DNA from: Thermoplasmata archaeon
GTDB taxonomy: Archaea; Thermoplasmatota; Thermoplasmata; Thermoplasmatales; ARK-15
Length of the DNA: 64,000 nt
Assembly (NCBI GenBank): GCA_038729465.1
Contig: JAVYRZ010000003.1
Span: forward strand, 40,454-104,453
Direction: 5' to 3'
Made by a program: the position numbers and the translations under genes. The notes beneath the pieces are model-generated. The model did no database searches. It was not told the origin of the DNA and saw only the letters and a list, made by a program, of their open reading frames with translations. Numbering within the stretch: position 1 is the stretch's first letter; each line of letters opens with the position of its first letter. Positions 55,848-64,000 of the stretch are shown here, one piece after another.

Positions 55848-57599
55848 ATGGGTAAAATTGTAAGAGTTTCCGGGCCGGTGGTAATCGCTGATGACCTGGA
55901 AAAAGCGAAAATGTATGATGTAGTTAGAGTTGGATCGTTAGGATTAATTGGCGAGGTTATACGAATTTCGGGAGATAAAGTGACAATACAGGTGTATGAA
56001 GATACCAGTGGTATAAGACCGGGCGAGATTGCTGAAAATACCGGGAAACCGTTATCTGTACAGCTTGGTCCGGGGTTGTTAACCTCCATTTATGATGGAA
56101 TACAGAGACCGCTGGATGTTATAAGGAAAGAAAGTGGAAACTTTATAATGAGAGGATTAACTGCTAATCCTTTAAACGAGGAAACATTATGGGAATTTGT
56201 ACCGGTTGTAAAAAAAGGAGATAAAGTTGTAGAGGGTCAGATTATAGGCACTGTTCAAGAAACTAGCTTGATTATGCATAGGATAATGGTTCCATTCGGA
56301 ATGAGTGGTGTTATTGATGAGATCAATGGTGGCAAATACAAGGTTTCAGATACTATTGGAGTATTGAAAACCAGTTCTGGTCCTGTCAATTTAAAACTTA
56401 AACAGGATTGGCCAGTGAGGATTGCAAGAAGAGTTTCTCAAAAACTTCCACCATCTATACCTTTGGTTACGGGGCAGCGTGTGATAGACACTTTTTTCCC
56501 GGTGGCAAAAGGAGGTACCGTAGCCGTGCCTGGTCCTTTTGGATCTGGAAAGACAGTAGTACAGCACCAGCTTTCTAAGTGGGCAGACAGCAATATAGTT
56601 GTATATGTGGGCTGTGGAGAGCGTGGTAATGAGATGACTGAAATCTTGACAACTTTTCCTGAACTGAAAGATCCTAAAAGCGGAAAACCTTTAATGGAGA
56701 GGACAGTATTGATTGCAAATACTTCTAATATGCCAGTCGCTGCAAGAGAAGCCAGTATTTATACGGGAATAACTATTGCAGAGTATTACAGGGATATGGG
56801 TTATGATGTTGCGATAATGGCTGATAGTACGTCCAGATGGGCAGAAGCATTACGTGAGATATCGGGCAGGCTAGAAGAGATGCCAGGAGAAGAGGGTTAC
56901 CCAGCCTATCTTGGAAGAAAGGTATCTGAGTTTTATGAGAGATCTGGCAATGCGGAAGTGATCGCTCCCGATCACAGATTTGGATCTATAACAATAGTAG
57001 GTGCGGTATCTCCGCCAGGAGGAGATATTTCAGAACCGGTGTCTCAAAACACGCTTCGAGTAACGAGAGTGTTCTGGGCATTAGACGCATCTTTAGCTTC
57101 AAGAAGGCATTTTCCATCTATAAACTGGTTAAACAGTTACTCATTATATCATGATGTATTAGCAAAATGGTATAACAGCAACATTGCCTCAAACTGGAAC
57201 GATCTTTATTCGGAAGCAATGAACATCTTACAGAAAGAGGCCGAATTGCAAGAGATAGTTCAGCTTGTTGGATACGATGCACTTCCTGATAAAGAAAAAG
57301 TGATATTGAATATTGCAAAGATGATAAGAGAGGATTTTCTACAGCAAAGTGCTTTTGACGATGTTGATACATACTGCTCGTTAAAGAAACAGTATCTAAT
57401 GTTAAGCACTATATTAGATATGGGTAAATACCAGAATAGTGCTGTGGAGAAAGGTATAGAAATATCTAAGATTCAGGCAGTGCCGGTAAAAGAGAAGATC
57501 TCGAGAATGAAAGAAGTAAAAGAATCAGATATCGAAGCATATCAAAAATCATTGTCGCAAGAGATAAAATCTTCATTTGAAACTTTGATGGGGGTTTAA
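55848..57599 (+). CDS. atpA: A-type ATP synthase catalytic subunit A (no intein)
   Basis: 583 aa; [18 protein letters not shown], and [22 protein letters not shown]. Confidence 0.97.
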   Translation: MGKIVRVSGPVVIADDLEKAKMYDVVRVGSLGLIGEVIRISGDKVTIQVYEDTSGIRPGEIAENTGKPLSVQLGPGLLTSIYDGIQRPLDVIRKESGNFIMRGLTANPLNEETLWEFVPVVKKGDKVVEGQIIGTVQETSLIMHRIMVPFGMSGVIDEINGGKYKVSDTIGVLKTSSGPVNLKLKQDWPVRIARRVSQKLPPSIPLVTGQRVIDTFFPVAKGGTVAVPGPFGSGKTVVQHQLSKWADSNIVVYVGCGERGNEMTEILTTFPELKDPKSGKPLMERTVLIANTSNMPVAAREASIYTGITIAEYYRDMGYDVAIMADSTSRWAEALREISGRLEEMPGEEGYPAYLGRKVSEFYERSGNAEVIAPDHRFGSITIVGAVSPPGGDISEPVSQNTLRVTRVFWALDASLASRRHFPSINWLNSYSLYHDVLAKWYNSNIASNWNDLYSEAMNILQKEAELQEIVQLVGYDALPDKEKVILNIAKMIREDFLQQSAFDDVDTYCSLKKQYLMLSTILDMGKYQNSAVEKGIEISKIQAVPVKEKISRMKEVKESDIEAYQKSLSQEIKSSFETLMGV

Positions 57600-57602
57600 A
57601 AG

Positions 57603-58985
57603 ATGGTAGATGTAAGTTATAAATCTATTTCGCAGATCAGCGGGCCACTGTTATTTGTTGAGAAAGTAGCAAATGCAGCATATAATGAGCTGGTAGAAAT
57701 CACACTTGAAAGTGGAGAGACGAGAACAGGGCAGGTACTTGATACCAGTTCAGGGCTGGCAATTGTACAGGTATTTGGGCCTACATCAGGTATGAATCCA
57801 GGCAGCACAAAGGTTAAATTTTTAGGGCAAACAGCAAATGTTTCAGTTTCTGATGAGATGCTAGGAAGAATATTTAACGGGCTAGCTCAGCCTATAGATC
57901 ACGGTCCTGCAATTTTAACAAAAGAGCGATTTGAAGTGGTTGGAAACGCAATCAATCCGTATGCTAGGGAAGAGCCATCTGAGTTCATAGAAACCGGAAT
58001 ATCTTCAATAGATGGCATGAACACACTTGTCAGGGGTCAGAAATTGCCAATCTTTTCTGGAAGTGGGCTACCGCACAATATGATAGCTGCGCAGATAGCC
58101 AGGCAAGCAAAGGTGCTTGGCAAAGAAGAGAGTTTTGCAGTAATATTCGGTGCTATGGGCATTACCAGTGAAGAAGCGAACTATTTTGTCAATGAGTTTA
58201 AGAATACAGGAGCTATTTCGAAGTCGGTCATGTTTTTAAATTTGTCATCGGATCCGTCAATGGAGAGAATCATTTTACCGAGAATGGCATTAACGACTGC
58301 AGAGTATCTTGCATATGAAAAAGATCTGCACATTTTAGTAATATTAACAGATATGACAAACTATTGTGAAGCATTGCGAGAGATCTCCTCTGCAAGAGAA
58401 GAGGTACCTGGCAGAAGAGGGTATCCAGGATATATGTACACGGACTTGAGCACTATCTATGAACGTGCAGGTAAGATTATTGGCAAGAAAGGATCTATTA
58501 CACAGATCCCAATTTTGACAATGCCCAACGATGATATAACGCATCCTATTCCAGATCTAACAGGCTATATAACAGAAGGGCAGACAGTGCTTTCTAGAGA
58601 TTTACAGAGGAAAGGAGTGTATCCACCAATAGACGTCTTACCGTCTTTATCAAGGCTCATGAATCAGGGTATAGGCAGCGGCAGGACTAGGGAAGATCAC
58701 AGGGGTGTGGCAGATCAATTATATTCTGCATATGCAAACGGTAAGGATCTGAGATCGTTAAGTGCTATAGTAGGAGAAGCTGCATTGGGAGAGCAGGACA
58801 AATTATACCTGAAATTTGCGGACGAGTTTGAGAAAAGGTACATAAATCAGGGATTGTATGAAGACCGCACTATTGAAAATACATTATCGCTGGGCTGGGA
58901 ACTGCTTTCAATGTTGCCAGAAGAAGAGATGAAAAGAGTTAAGAGAGATCATATTAAAAAATATGGAAAATGGAGCAAGGAATAA
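57603..58985 (+). CDS. atpB: A-type ATP synthase subunit B
   Basis: 460 aa; full-length similarity to the A/V-type B subunit ([49 protein letters not shown]). Confidence 0.97.
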   Translation: MVDVSYKSISQISGPLLFVEKVANAAYNELVEITLESGETRTGQVLDTSSGLAIVQVFGPTSGMNPGSTKVKFLGQTANVSVSDEMLGRIFNGLAQPIDHGPAILTKERFEVVGNAINPYAREEPSEFIETGISSIDGMNTLVRGQKLPIFSGSGLPHNMIAAQIARQAKVLGKEESFAVIFGAMGITSEEANYFVNEFKNTGAISKSVMFLNLSSDPSMERIILPRMALTTAEYLAYEKDLHILVILTDMTNYCEALREISSAREEVPGRRGYPGYMYTDLSTIYERAGKIIGKKGSITQIPILTMPNDDITHPIPDLTGYITEGQTVLSRDLQRKGVYPPIDVLPSLSRLMNQGIGSGRTREDHRGVADQLYSAYANGKDLRSLSAIVGEAALGEQDKLYLKFADEFEKRYINQGLYEDRTIENTLSLGWELLSMLPEEEMKRVKRDHIKKYGKWSKE

Positions 58986-59632
58986 TGGTAAATCTAGATA
59001 TAAGGCCAACAAGAATCGAGCTCATTAAGACGACTAGAAGAATCAAATTTGCAAAGCGAGGCCTGGACTTATTAAAAATGAAAAGATCGTCATTGGTAAT
59101 GGAGTTTTTCGCAATAAGCAGGACTGTAAAAGGTATGCGTGAGAATCTTCGAAATGATATTTTGGAGGCAATGGAAAGGCTCAAGATGGCAGAAATACTT
59201 CATGGAGCGATGGCCATAGAGCTTATTGCGTATATGACCTCAGAATCCAAAGTTTCGGTTAATTCTAAAAATGTGATGGGTGTGCGAATTCCTGAGCTGA
59301 AGATTAGCGACCAGAAAACAGTATTGTCCAACGTATACAGAGCTACATCTGTGCCGGTATCCATTAACGATGCCATAAATAAATTTGAGAAAGTGTACAA
59401 TCAGCTACTGGACATAGCTGAAAAAGAGAATTCCATGCGCAAGTTATTGTACGAAATAGACAAAACCAAGCGCAGGGCCAACGCAATTGAAAACGTTTTG
59501 ATTCCAAGCCTAGTAGATACTGCAAAATATATAAGAATGAGGCTTGATGAGATTGAGAGAGACACATTTATAACCTTAAAAACCATTAAAAAGAAGATGG
59601 TCGAAAAACAGAGCGTTGAGGCTGGTGATTAA
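58985..59632 (+). CDS. atpD: A-type ATP synthase subunit D
   Basis: [34 protein letters not shown] is typical of subunit D. ATG 58985 overlaps the atpB stop (TAATG); the track start at 58970 lies inside atpB. Confidence 0.9.
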   Translation: MVNLDIRPTRIELIKTTRRIKFAKRGLDLLKMKRSSLVMEFFAISRTVKGMRENLRNDILEAMERLKMAEILHGAMAIELIAYMTSESKVSVNSKNVMGVRIPELKISDQKTVLSNVYRATSVPVSINDAINKFEKVYNQLLDIAEKENSMRKLLYEIDKTKRRANAIENVLIPSLVDTAKYIRMRLDEIERDTFITLKTIKKKMVEKQSVEAGD

Positions 59633-59699
59633 TATTTATAATTTCAAAGATAAATGGAGTTATAAAAGATATCTGAATATACCAATATCTAATGAGAAT

Positions 59700-59795
59700 A
59701 TGAAGAAATTCAGAAAGATCAGAATTATCACGATGATTTTTAATTTTACAGCAACGCTAATAATATTACTTATAATTCTGTTGGGGGTGTTATAA
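59700..59795 (+). CDS. Candidate 31-aa hydrophobic micro-protein between atpD and atpH
   Basis: Reads MKKFRKIRIITMIFNFTATLIILLIILLGVL*, with a basic N-terminus and one TM-length helix. No good SD precedes it. It ends 4 nt before the atpH ATG. Below the track cutoff. Confidence 0.25.
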   Translation: MKKFRKIRIITMIFNFTATLIILLIILLGVL

Positions 59796-59799
59796 AATT

Positions 59800-60123
59800 A
59801 TGGATGACTTAGAAGCTTTAAAAACTATTAAAGAAAAAGAGCTTACAATTGAAAAAGAGATCCGTGAATTTAAAATTGAACAAGAACAGAAATTTATCGA
59901 TCTCAAAAAAGAGGTAGAGCTTGAGATCAAGAACATTGAAAAAAGTGAGATAGATGACTATACTACTCATATAAATAAAGTTAAAGCAGAGATTTCCAAG
60001 AGGGTAGAAGCAATAATAAATGAAGCTAAGAAGAGAGCAGCGTCTAAATCGATAGCCATTTCGGACAATGATCTGAAAAATCTTGTAACTAAGCTATTAA
60101 ACGAGTATTTAGAAGTTGGTTAA
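59800..60123 (+). CDS. atpH: A-type ATP synthase subunit H (peripheral stalk), tentative
   Basis: 107-aa charged coiled-coil protein directly upstream of, and nearly abutting, atpI. GGGGGTG lies upstream of its ATG. Confidence 0.6.
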   Translation: MDDLEALKTIKEKELTIEKEIREFKIEQEQKFIDLKKEVELEIKNIEKSEIDDYTTHINKVKAEISKRVEAIINEAKKRAASKSIAISDNDLKNLVTKLLNEYLEVG

Positions 60124-60124
60124 A

Positions 60125-62071
60125 ATGGTTTTAAAGCCAGAAATGATGGATAGGTTCAGGATCATAGGTTCTAACAGCAAGAAAGAGGAGATTATATCAG
60201 CCATACATGATGTGGGAATTATACAACTGGAACAGGTTGCAGTAGATGTAAATGCCATGTTAGAACCCGGGAAAATGGGGGAAAGCTACAAAATATTAAA
60301 TGATTATCTACAGAAATTCAAGGGATTTGAGACTTTATTGCCTCCCAGACCCGTGTCAGAGCCAAAATTCTTTGAGTCAGTATCTCATCTATTAGATTCT
60401 GCATCTAAAGTGAATATAGAAACTGTGCTTAAAAAATTAAAGAATGACGAGGAAAAAGCTATAACAGAGATTAAAGATATAAAAAACAGGTTGTCTGCGG
60501 TAGATCTGCTTCAGAACATAGACTATGATCTATCTATATTTAATAATAGCTATCTTGTTTCATTTTTGATAGAGAAATTGAAGAAGGGTGATATTAAGAG
60601 CATAGTACAAAAAGAAGTTCCAGGATCTACAGTTATCGATGCAAAAAACGAGTATTATATAGTGTCAGTTCCGATAAATAACGAAAGTGAGCTCGCTAAA
60701 ATTGCGAATAGTTACGACTTAAAATTAATCAATATCGCGGTGATGAGTGGCAAGCCGAAAGAGTATCGAAATATTTTATTAGAGAAGCAGGCTGAATATC
60801 AGAAAGAGCTTGATGAGATCAGAAAAAAGCTTAATGAGCTTTCAGATCAATATTATGCAACTGTAGTTCAGATAAGAGAGCAGCTTGACATAGAGGTCAA
60901 AAAATTGGAAGTATCTGAAAAGCTATCTTCTACCCAAGATATATTTGCACTTGAAGGCTGGATACCTGATCGATATTTTAAGATTGTTGCTGAGCTTGTA
61001 GAAAAAGTATCTGATAATATGGTCATCATTAATAAGGTAGAGACCAAAGACACACCTCCAACAATGTTATCAAATCCCAAAAGATTCAAGCTATTTGAGT
61101 TCTTTATAAAGTTTTATTCATTGCCGCAGGAATGGGAGTTTGATCCTACTTTGATATTTGCGCTGGTGTTTCCCGTATTCTTTGGATTAATGGTCGGAGA
61201 TTGGGGGTACGGTGCTGTGATATTAGGCATTTCTTTATGGCTTGTGCACAGGCTAAATCATCCTGTTAAAAACAGCAAGATTCCCAAATTTATCAGCAGG
61301 TTTGTGCTTATGATCATGAGCAAGTACAGTCTCAGGATCCTAGCAAAGGCGCTGATTCCATCCTCGATCATTGCCATAATATTCGGATTGTTATTTAATG
61401 AATTTTTCGGATTTGCAGTGCTACCTTTCACAGTGTTCAAGTTAGTATCAAATTTGCCGAAATTGCTCTTAATATCCGGGTATATTGGTCTGGCCATGGT
61501 ATCTTTCGGGTTGATTCTCGGGTTTATCAATGAGCTTTATATCAAACATCGTAAAGGTGCGATCGCAAAGATCGGATGGCTCATGCTGGGTTGGGGCATT
61601 GCTATAATAGGCTTGAACATGATACACAGAGTGTCTCTATCTCCAATGGTCAGCTTTACTTCGCTCATCGGGTTAGTGTTATTGATTGCAGGAATTGTGG
61701 CAGTACTGCTCATGGAAGGTGGGCAGGGAATGATGGAGATTCCGTCAATAATAAGTCATATTCTGTCATACACCAGAATTGTTGGAATATTGCTGTCTTC
61801 TGTAATACTGGCATATGTGATAGATCTTATATTTACACATGCAATTCACAAATCTCTACTCTTTGTAATAGTGGGATTGGTAATCTTGATCTTTGGACAG
61901 ATGTTCAATCTTGTAATTGCAGTATTTGAACCTGGAATACAAGGAGCAAGGCTTATTTATGTAGAATTTTTCTCAAAATTCTACAAAGGAAACGGAAAGT
62001 ACTTTAGGCCCTTTTCAACTCCACGAAATTATACAATCAAAAAATTTGAGCTGGAACCGGTCAAAAAATAG
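60125..62071 (+). CDS. atpI: A-type ATP synthase subunit I (membrane a-subunit)
   Basis: About 648 aa with a soluble N-terminal half and a polytopic C-terminal half containing HILSYTRIVGILLSS (conserved Arg). ATG 60125 was chosen; the track's TTG 60116 is also possible. Confidence 0.9.
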   Translation: MVLKPEMMDRFRIIGSNSKKEEIISAIHDVGIIQLEQVAVDVNAMLEPGKMGESYKILNDYLQKFKGFETLLPPRPVSEPKFFESVSHLLDSASKVNIETVLKKLKNDEEKAITEIKDIKNRLSAVDLLQNIDYDLSIFNNSYLVSFLIEKLKKGDIKSIVQKEVPGSTVIDAKNEYYIVSVPINNESELAKIANSYDLKLINIAVMSGKPKEYRNILLEKQAEYQKELDEIRKKLNELSDQYYATVVQIREQLDIEVKKLEVSEKLSSTQDIFALEGWIPDRYFKIVAELVEKVSDNMVIINKVETKDTPPTMLSNPKRFKLFEFFIKFYSLPQEWEFDPTLIFALVFPVFFGLMVGDWGYGAVILGISLWLVHRLNHPVKNSKIPKFISRFVLMIMSKYSLRILAKALIPSSIIAIIFGLLFNEFFGFAVLPFTVFKLVSNLPKLLLISGYIGLAMVSFGLILGFINELYIKHRKGAIAKIGWLMLGWGIAIIGLNMIHRVSLSPMVSFTSLIGLVLLIAGIVAVLLMEGGQGMMEIPSIISHILSYTRIVGILLSSVILAYVIDLIFTHAIHKSLLFVIVGLVILIFGQMFNLVIAVFEPGIQGARLIYVEFFSKFYKGNGKYFRPFSTPRNYTIKKFELEPVKK

Positions 62072-62091
62072 TTTTTTATTTTTTATTTTTT
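62072..62091 (+). terminator. Oligo-T termination signal after atpI (T6-A-T6-A-T6)
   Basis: TTTTTTATTTTTTATTTTTT starts directly after the atpI stop. Archaeal RNAP terminates at oligo-T tracts. The sequence also encodes the KNKK tail of the convergent CYTH gene. Confidence 0.5.
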
Positions 62092-62600
62092 ATTAATTCA
62101 AAATATGATCTTCTTTCAAATTTGCTTATTTTCAGCAGTGCTGCTATATCAAAAATCGATTTTTTGCATTGTTCAAAGTCCCCAAAACATTCTATTTCTA
62201 AAAACTCTCCAAGCTCATTGACAGAATCTAACATTATGCTGCAATCTCGAAAAGTGTAAGTTTTTCTGGTTTTCAATACCGTTCCCGCTTCTTTAAAGCC
62301 GAGATGCTCTAGCAATCTTTTGTATGATTCAGGGTTTTCAATCTTAATTTCAAGTTCGGTCCTAGATTTTGTATCATTATCTATCTTTGGACCCTTATAA
62401 GTAACAAAATATCGATTGCCAGAGATCCTGATTCTAAGAGCTTCATCTGTTTCCTGGAAGTCTCTGCAAGGATGCTGGTAATAATGATCTTCTTCAACTG
62501 TTTTTTCCTTGAATAAAGCTTTTAGTTCTATTAATTGATTTTCTACAGTCTTTATGTTTTCAATCTGTGCTTTGATTTCAATTTCAATGCTTTCATTCAT
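62076..62600 (-). CDS. CYTH-domain protein (class IV adenylyl cyclase / triphosphate tunnel metalloenzyme family)
   Basis: 174 aa; the N-terminal EIEIK motif, then ...ALRIR...TYKGP...R.E.E..I..., the alternating-charge beta-barrel pattern of CYTH. Confidence 0.8.
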   Translation of the reverse strand: MNESIEIEIKAQIENIKTVENQLIELKALFKEKTVEEDHYYQHPCRDFQETDEALRIRISGNRYFVTYKGPKIDNDTKSRTELEIKIENPESYKRLLEHLGFKEAGTVLKTRKTYTFRDCSIMLDSVNELGEFLEIECFGDFEQCKKSIFDIAALLKISKFERRSYFELIKNKK

Positions 62601-62761
62601 CTTAAATTGTCATGCTTGAATAATATATTAAATTTTAGATGATCTTGAAATTAATGCATTTTTAAAAATTATAATAATTATTATCTTATTTAGAAAACTT
62701 AGCTACAAAAAGTTTAAATGTAAAATTATTATACAATCTTCCAATAAAATTTAGAAGTTGA

Positions 62762-63172
62762 ATGACAATGAATAGTAAAATATCACGTTATCTCCAAGAT
62801 TTAATGAATAATTATGGAATAAGAAAAAATGAGACTGTTTTGATTGAATATTTGAGTTTAACACCAAATCCGCTCACTGTAGAGAGCCTGGCAAAAAAGA
62901 CGAGATACAGCAGATCTACTATATCTTTAATATTATATAGACTTTGTAAACAGAAGGTTGTTAATAGAAAAAAGATTGGAAAAAAATATATGTATACTCT
63001 AAACAATGATTTTCTTATAAATCTTGACGTTTATCTTAATAAACGTTTAAAGATCAAAACTATCAAGCTGAAAAAATCATTAGAATCAATACAGGATAAT
63101 ATACAGCACAAAAAAGAAAAATTGGTAAATGAACTAAATAAATTTGAAAATTATCTAAATGGATATAGGTGA
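62762..63172 (+). CDS. Winged-helix transcription regulator (TrmB/MarR-like) with a C-terminal coiled coil
   Basis: 136 aa; LTVESLAKKTRYSRSTISLILYRLCKQKVVNRKKIGKKYMYTL is an HTH plus wing. It ends 4 nt before the radical-SAM gene. Confidence 0.6.
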   Translation: MTMNSKISRYLQDLMNNYGIRKNETVLIEYLSLTPNPLTVESLAKKTRYSRSTISLILYRLCKQKVVNRKKIGKKYMYTLNNDFLINLDVYLNKRLKIKTIKLKKSLESIQDNIQHKKEKLVNELNKFENYLNGYR

Positions 63173-63176
63173 AAAA

Positions 63177-64000
63177 ATGGTGGATATCGTTATAACGGTC
63201 GATAGAACCATGATGAGCAATCATCACGGAAAAGAGTTCTTGGGGTTCGGTGCCACTGGGGTTCCTATTGTATTACCTGAATCGTTGTGGCTTAAAATTT
63301 TTGCCCCGAAGATGAAGACGGTAAATGGAAGACCTGTTCAAGCACCTTATGGTATAAGAAAAATAGAGGCTGCATTACTGGACGCTGGATATGACGTAGC
63401 AGTAATAGATCCTGATTATTTGGACACATATTTAAAAGATGCTAAGATCCTGATGCTGTCGCATCATGATTATTTTGGATTTGGACCTCCATCCAGCACT
63501 TTCGCTTCGATATTTAAGACCGAGCCTTTAAATGCCAGATCATTTGCAAGGATGATGGACTCTGAGCCTATAAGAGAAGCAAAAAAAAGAGGAATAAAAA
63601 TCATAGCTGGTGGTCCTGCTGTATGGCAGTGGGATTACAGAGAAGATATGAGAGAGAAATGGGGCATAGATACGATCGTAGATGGCGAAGGTGAAAAAAT
63701 CGTAGTGGATCTTGTAAAAAAAGTGTACAATAATGAACCATTGCCTAAGAAAGTAGTGATGCCATTGCAAGATGTTCCTGACATAAATGAAATTTCAGAG
63801 ATAAAGCATGCAAGCGTGAATGGATTAATAGAGGTAATGCGAGGATGTCCGAGAGGGTGTAAGTTTTGTTCTGTTACTTTAAGAAGGCTTAGATACTATC
63901 CTTTTGACAAGATTGAAAGAGAAATGCTAGTAAATAAGAAAGAAGGTTTAAAGGGAGTAATATTACATTCTGACGATCTGATGCTTTATGGCGGTAATGG
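63177..64000 (+). CDS. Radical SAM enzyme with an N-terminal Rossmann/B12-binding-like domain; 3' end runs off the right edge
   Basis: Absent from the track because it is truncated. My translation reads MVDIVITVDRTMMSNHHGKEFLGFG...GIRKIEAALLDAGYDVAVIDPD...IEVMRGCPRGCKFCSVTLRR (CxxxCxxC radical-SAM cluster motif). Confidence 0.8.
   Translation, partial: MVDIVITVDRTMMSNHHGKEFLGFGATGVPIVLPESLWLKIFAPKMKTVNGRPVQAPYGIRKIEAALLDAGYDVAVIDPDYLDTYLKDAKILMLSHHDYFGFGPPSSTFASIFKTEPLNARSFARMMDSEPIREAKKRGIKIIAGGPAVWQWDYREDMREKWGIDTIVDGEGEKIVVDLVKKVYNNEPLPKKVVMPLQDVPDINEISEIKHASVNGLIEVMRGCPRGCKFCSVTLRRLRYYPFDKIEREMLVNKKEGLKGVILHSDDLMLYGGN

Noticed and set aside
55649-56089. 146-aa minus-strand ORF spanning the atpF/atpA junction
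   Set aside because: It overlaps two highly conserved ATPase genes on the other strand and has no independent support.
55848-57599. Checked atpA for an intein (common in Thermoplasmatales VMA genes)
   Set aside because: The product is 583 aa, with the P-loop and downstream motifs contiguous. No insertion is present.

Overview
This is a visibly AT-rich, tightly packed archaeal chromosome segment with about 62 protein genes and one tRNA. It has no rRNA and no CRISPR array. Many genes are translationally coupled through ATGA/TGATG overlaps, and GGAGGT/GGTGA Shine-Dalgarno-like elements precede many starts.

Gene content, left to right:
- End of a type IV pilus-like locus (pilin-like gene plus an ArlI/PilB-family ATPase truncated by the window edge), then valS.
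- The S12-S7-EF2-EF1alpha-S10 cluster.
- A Trm56-HD fusion.
- A carS-phosphoesterase-pyrE-glyA operon.
- ftsY-pfdA-rplX-pgk.
- Acyl-CoA dehydrogenase with etfBA.
- arcTGT and truD.
- A four-subunit 2-oxoacid:ferredoxin oxidoreductase.
- A two-domain KaiC-like ATPase, smc-scpA, and rpoL.
- A 1,623-aa repeat protein with a C-terminal Cys/His finger, coupled to arcS-pyrF-thiI.
- A MiaB-like methylthiotransferase.
- An IS200/IS605-type TnpB scar next to an orphan gene.
- A fibrillarin-epimerase-KaiC-like-pair operon.
- GNAT, archaeal SAM synthetase, and tRNA-Arg(CCT).
- An A-type ATPase operon ordered K-E-C-F-A-B-D then H-I.
- A CYTH protein, then a wHTH plus radical-SAM pair that runs off the right edge.

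The ATPase order and the heterotroph repertoire suggest a Thermoplasmata-like euryarchaeon. This is inference only.

Most of the window is core housekeeping. The most unusual element is the giant ORF at 35947-40818: about 23 tandem ~62-residue helical repeats, a beta-rich module and a Zn finger, overlapping arcS by 4 nt.

Secondary leads:
- Paired active/degenerate KaiC-like ATPases in a fused form and a split form.
- A fibrillarin gene without nop5.
- ArcTGT lacking its three Zn-site cysteines.
- ValRS with PMHTS in place of KMSKS.
- A tRNA-Arg with C55.
- Two unannotated micro-ORFs.

All calls come from reading translations and motifs by eye. No database search was run.
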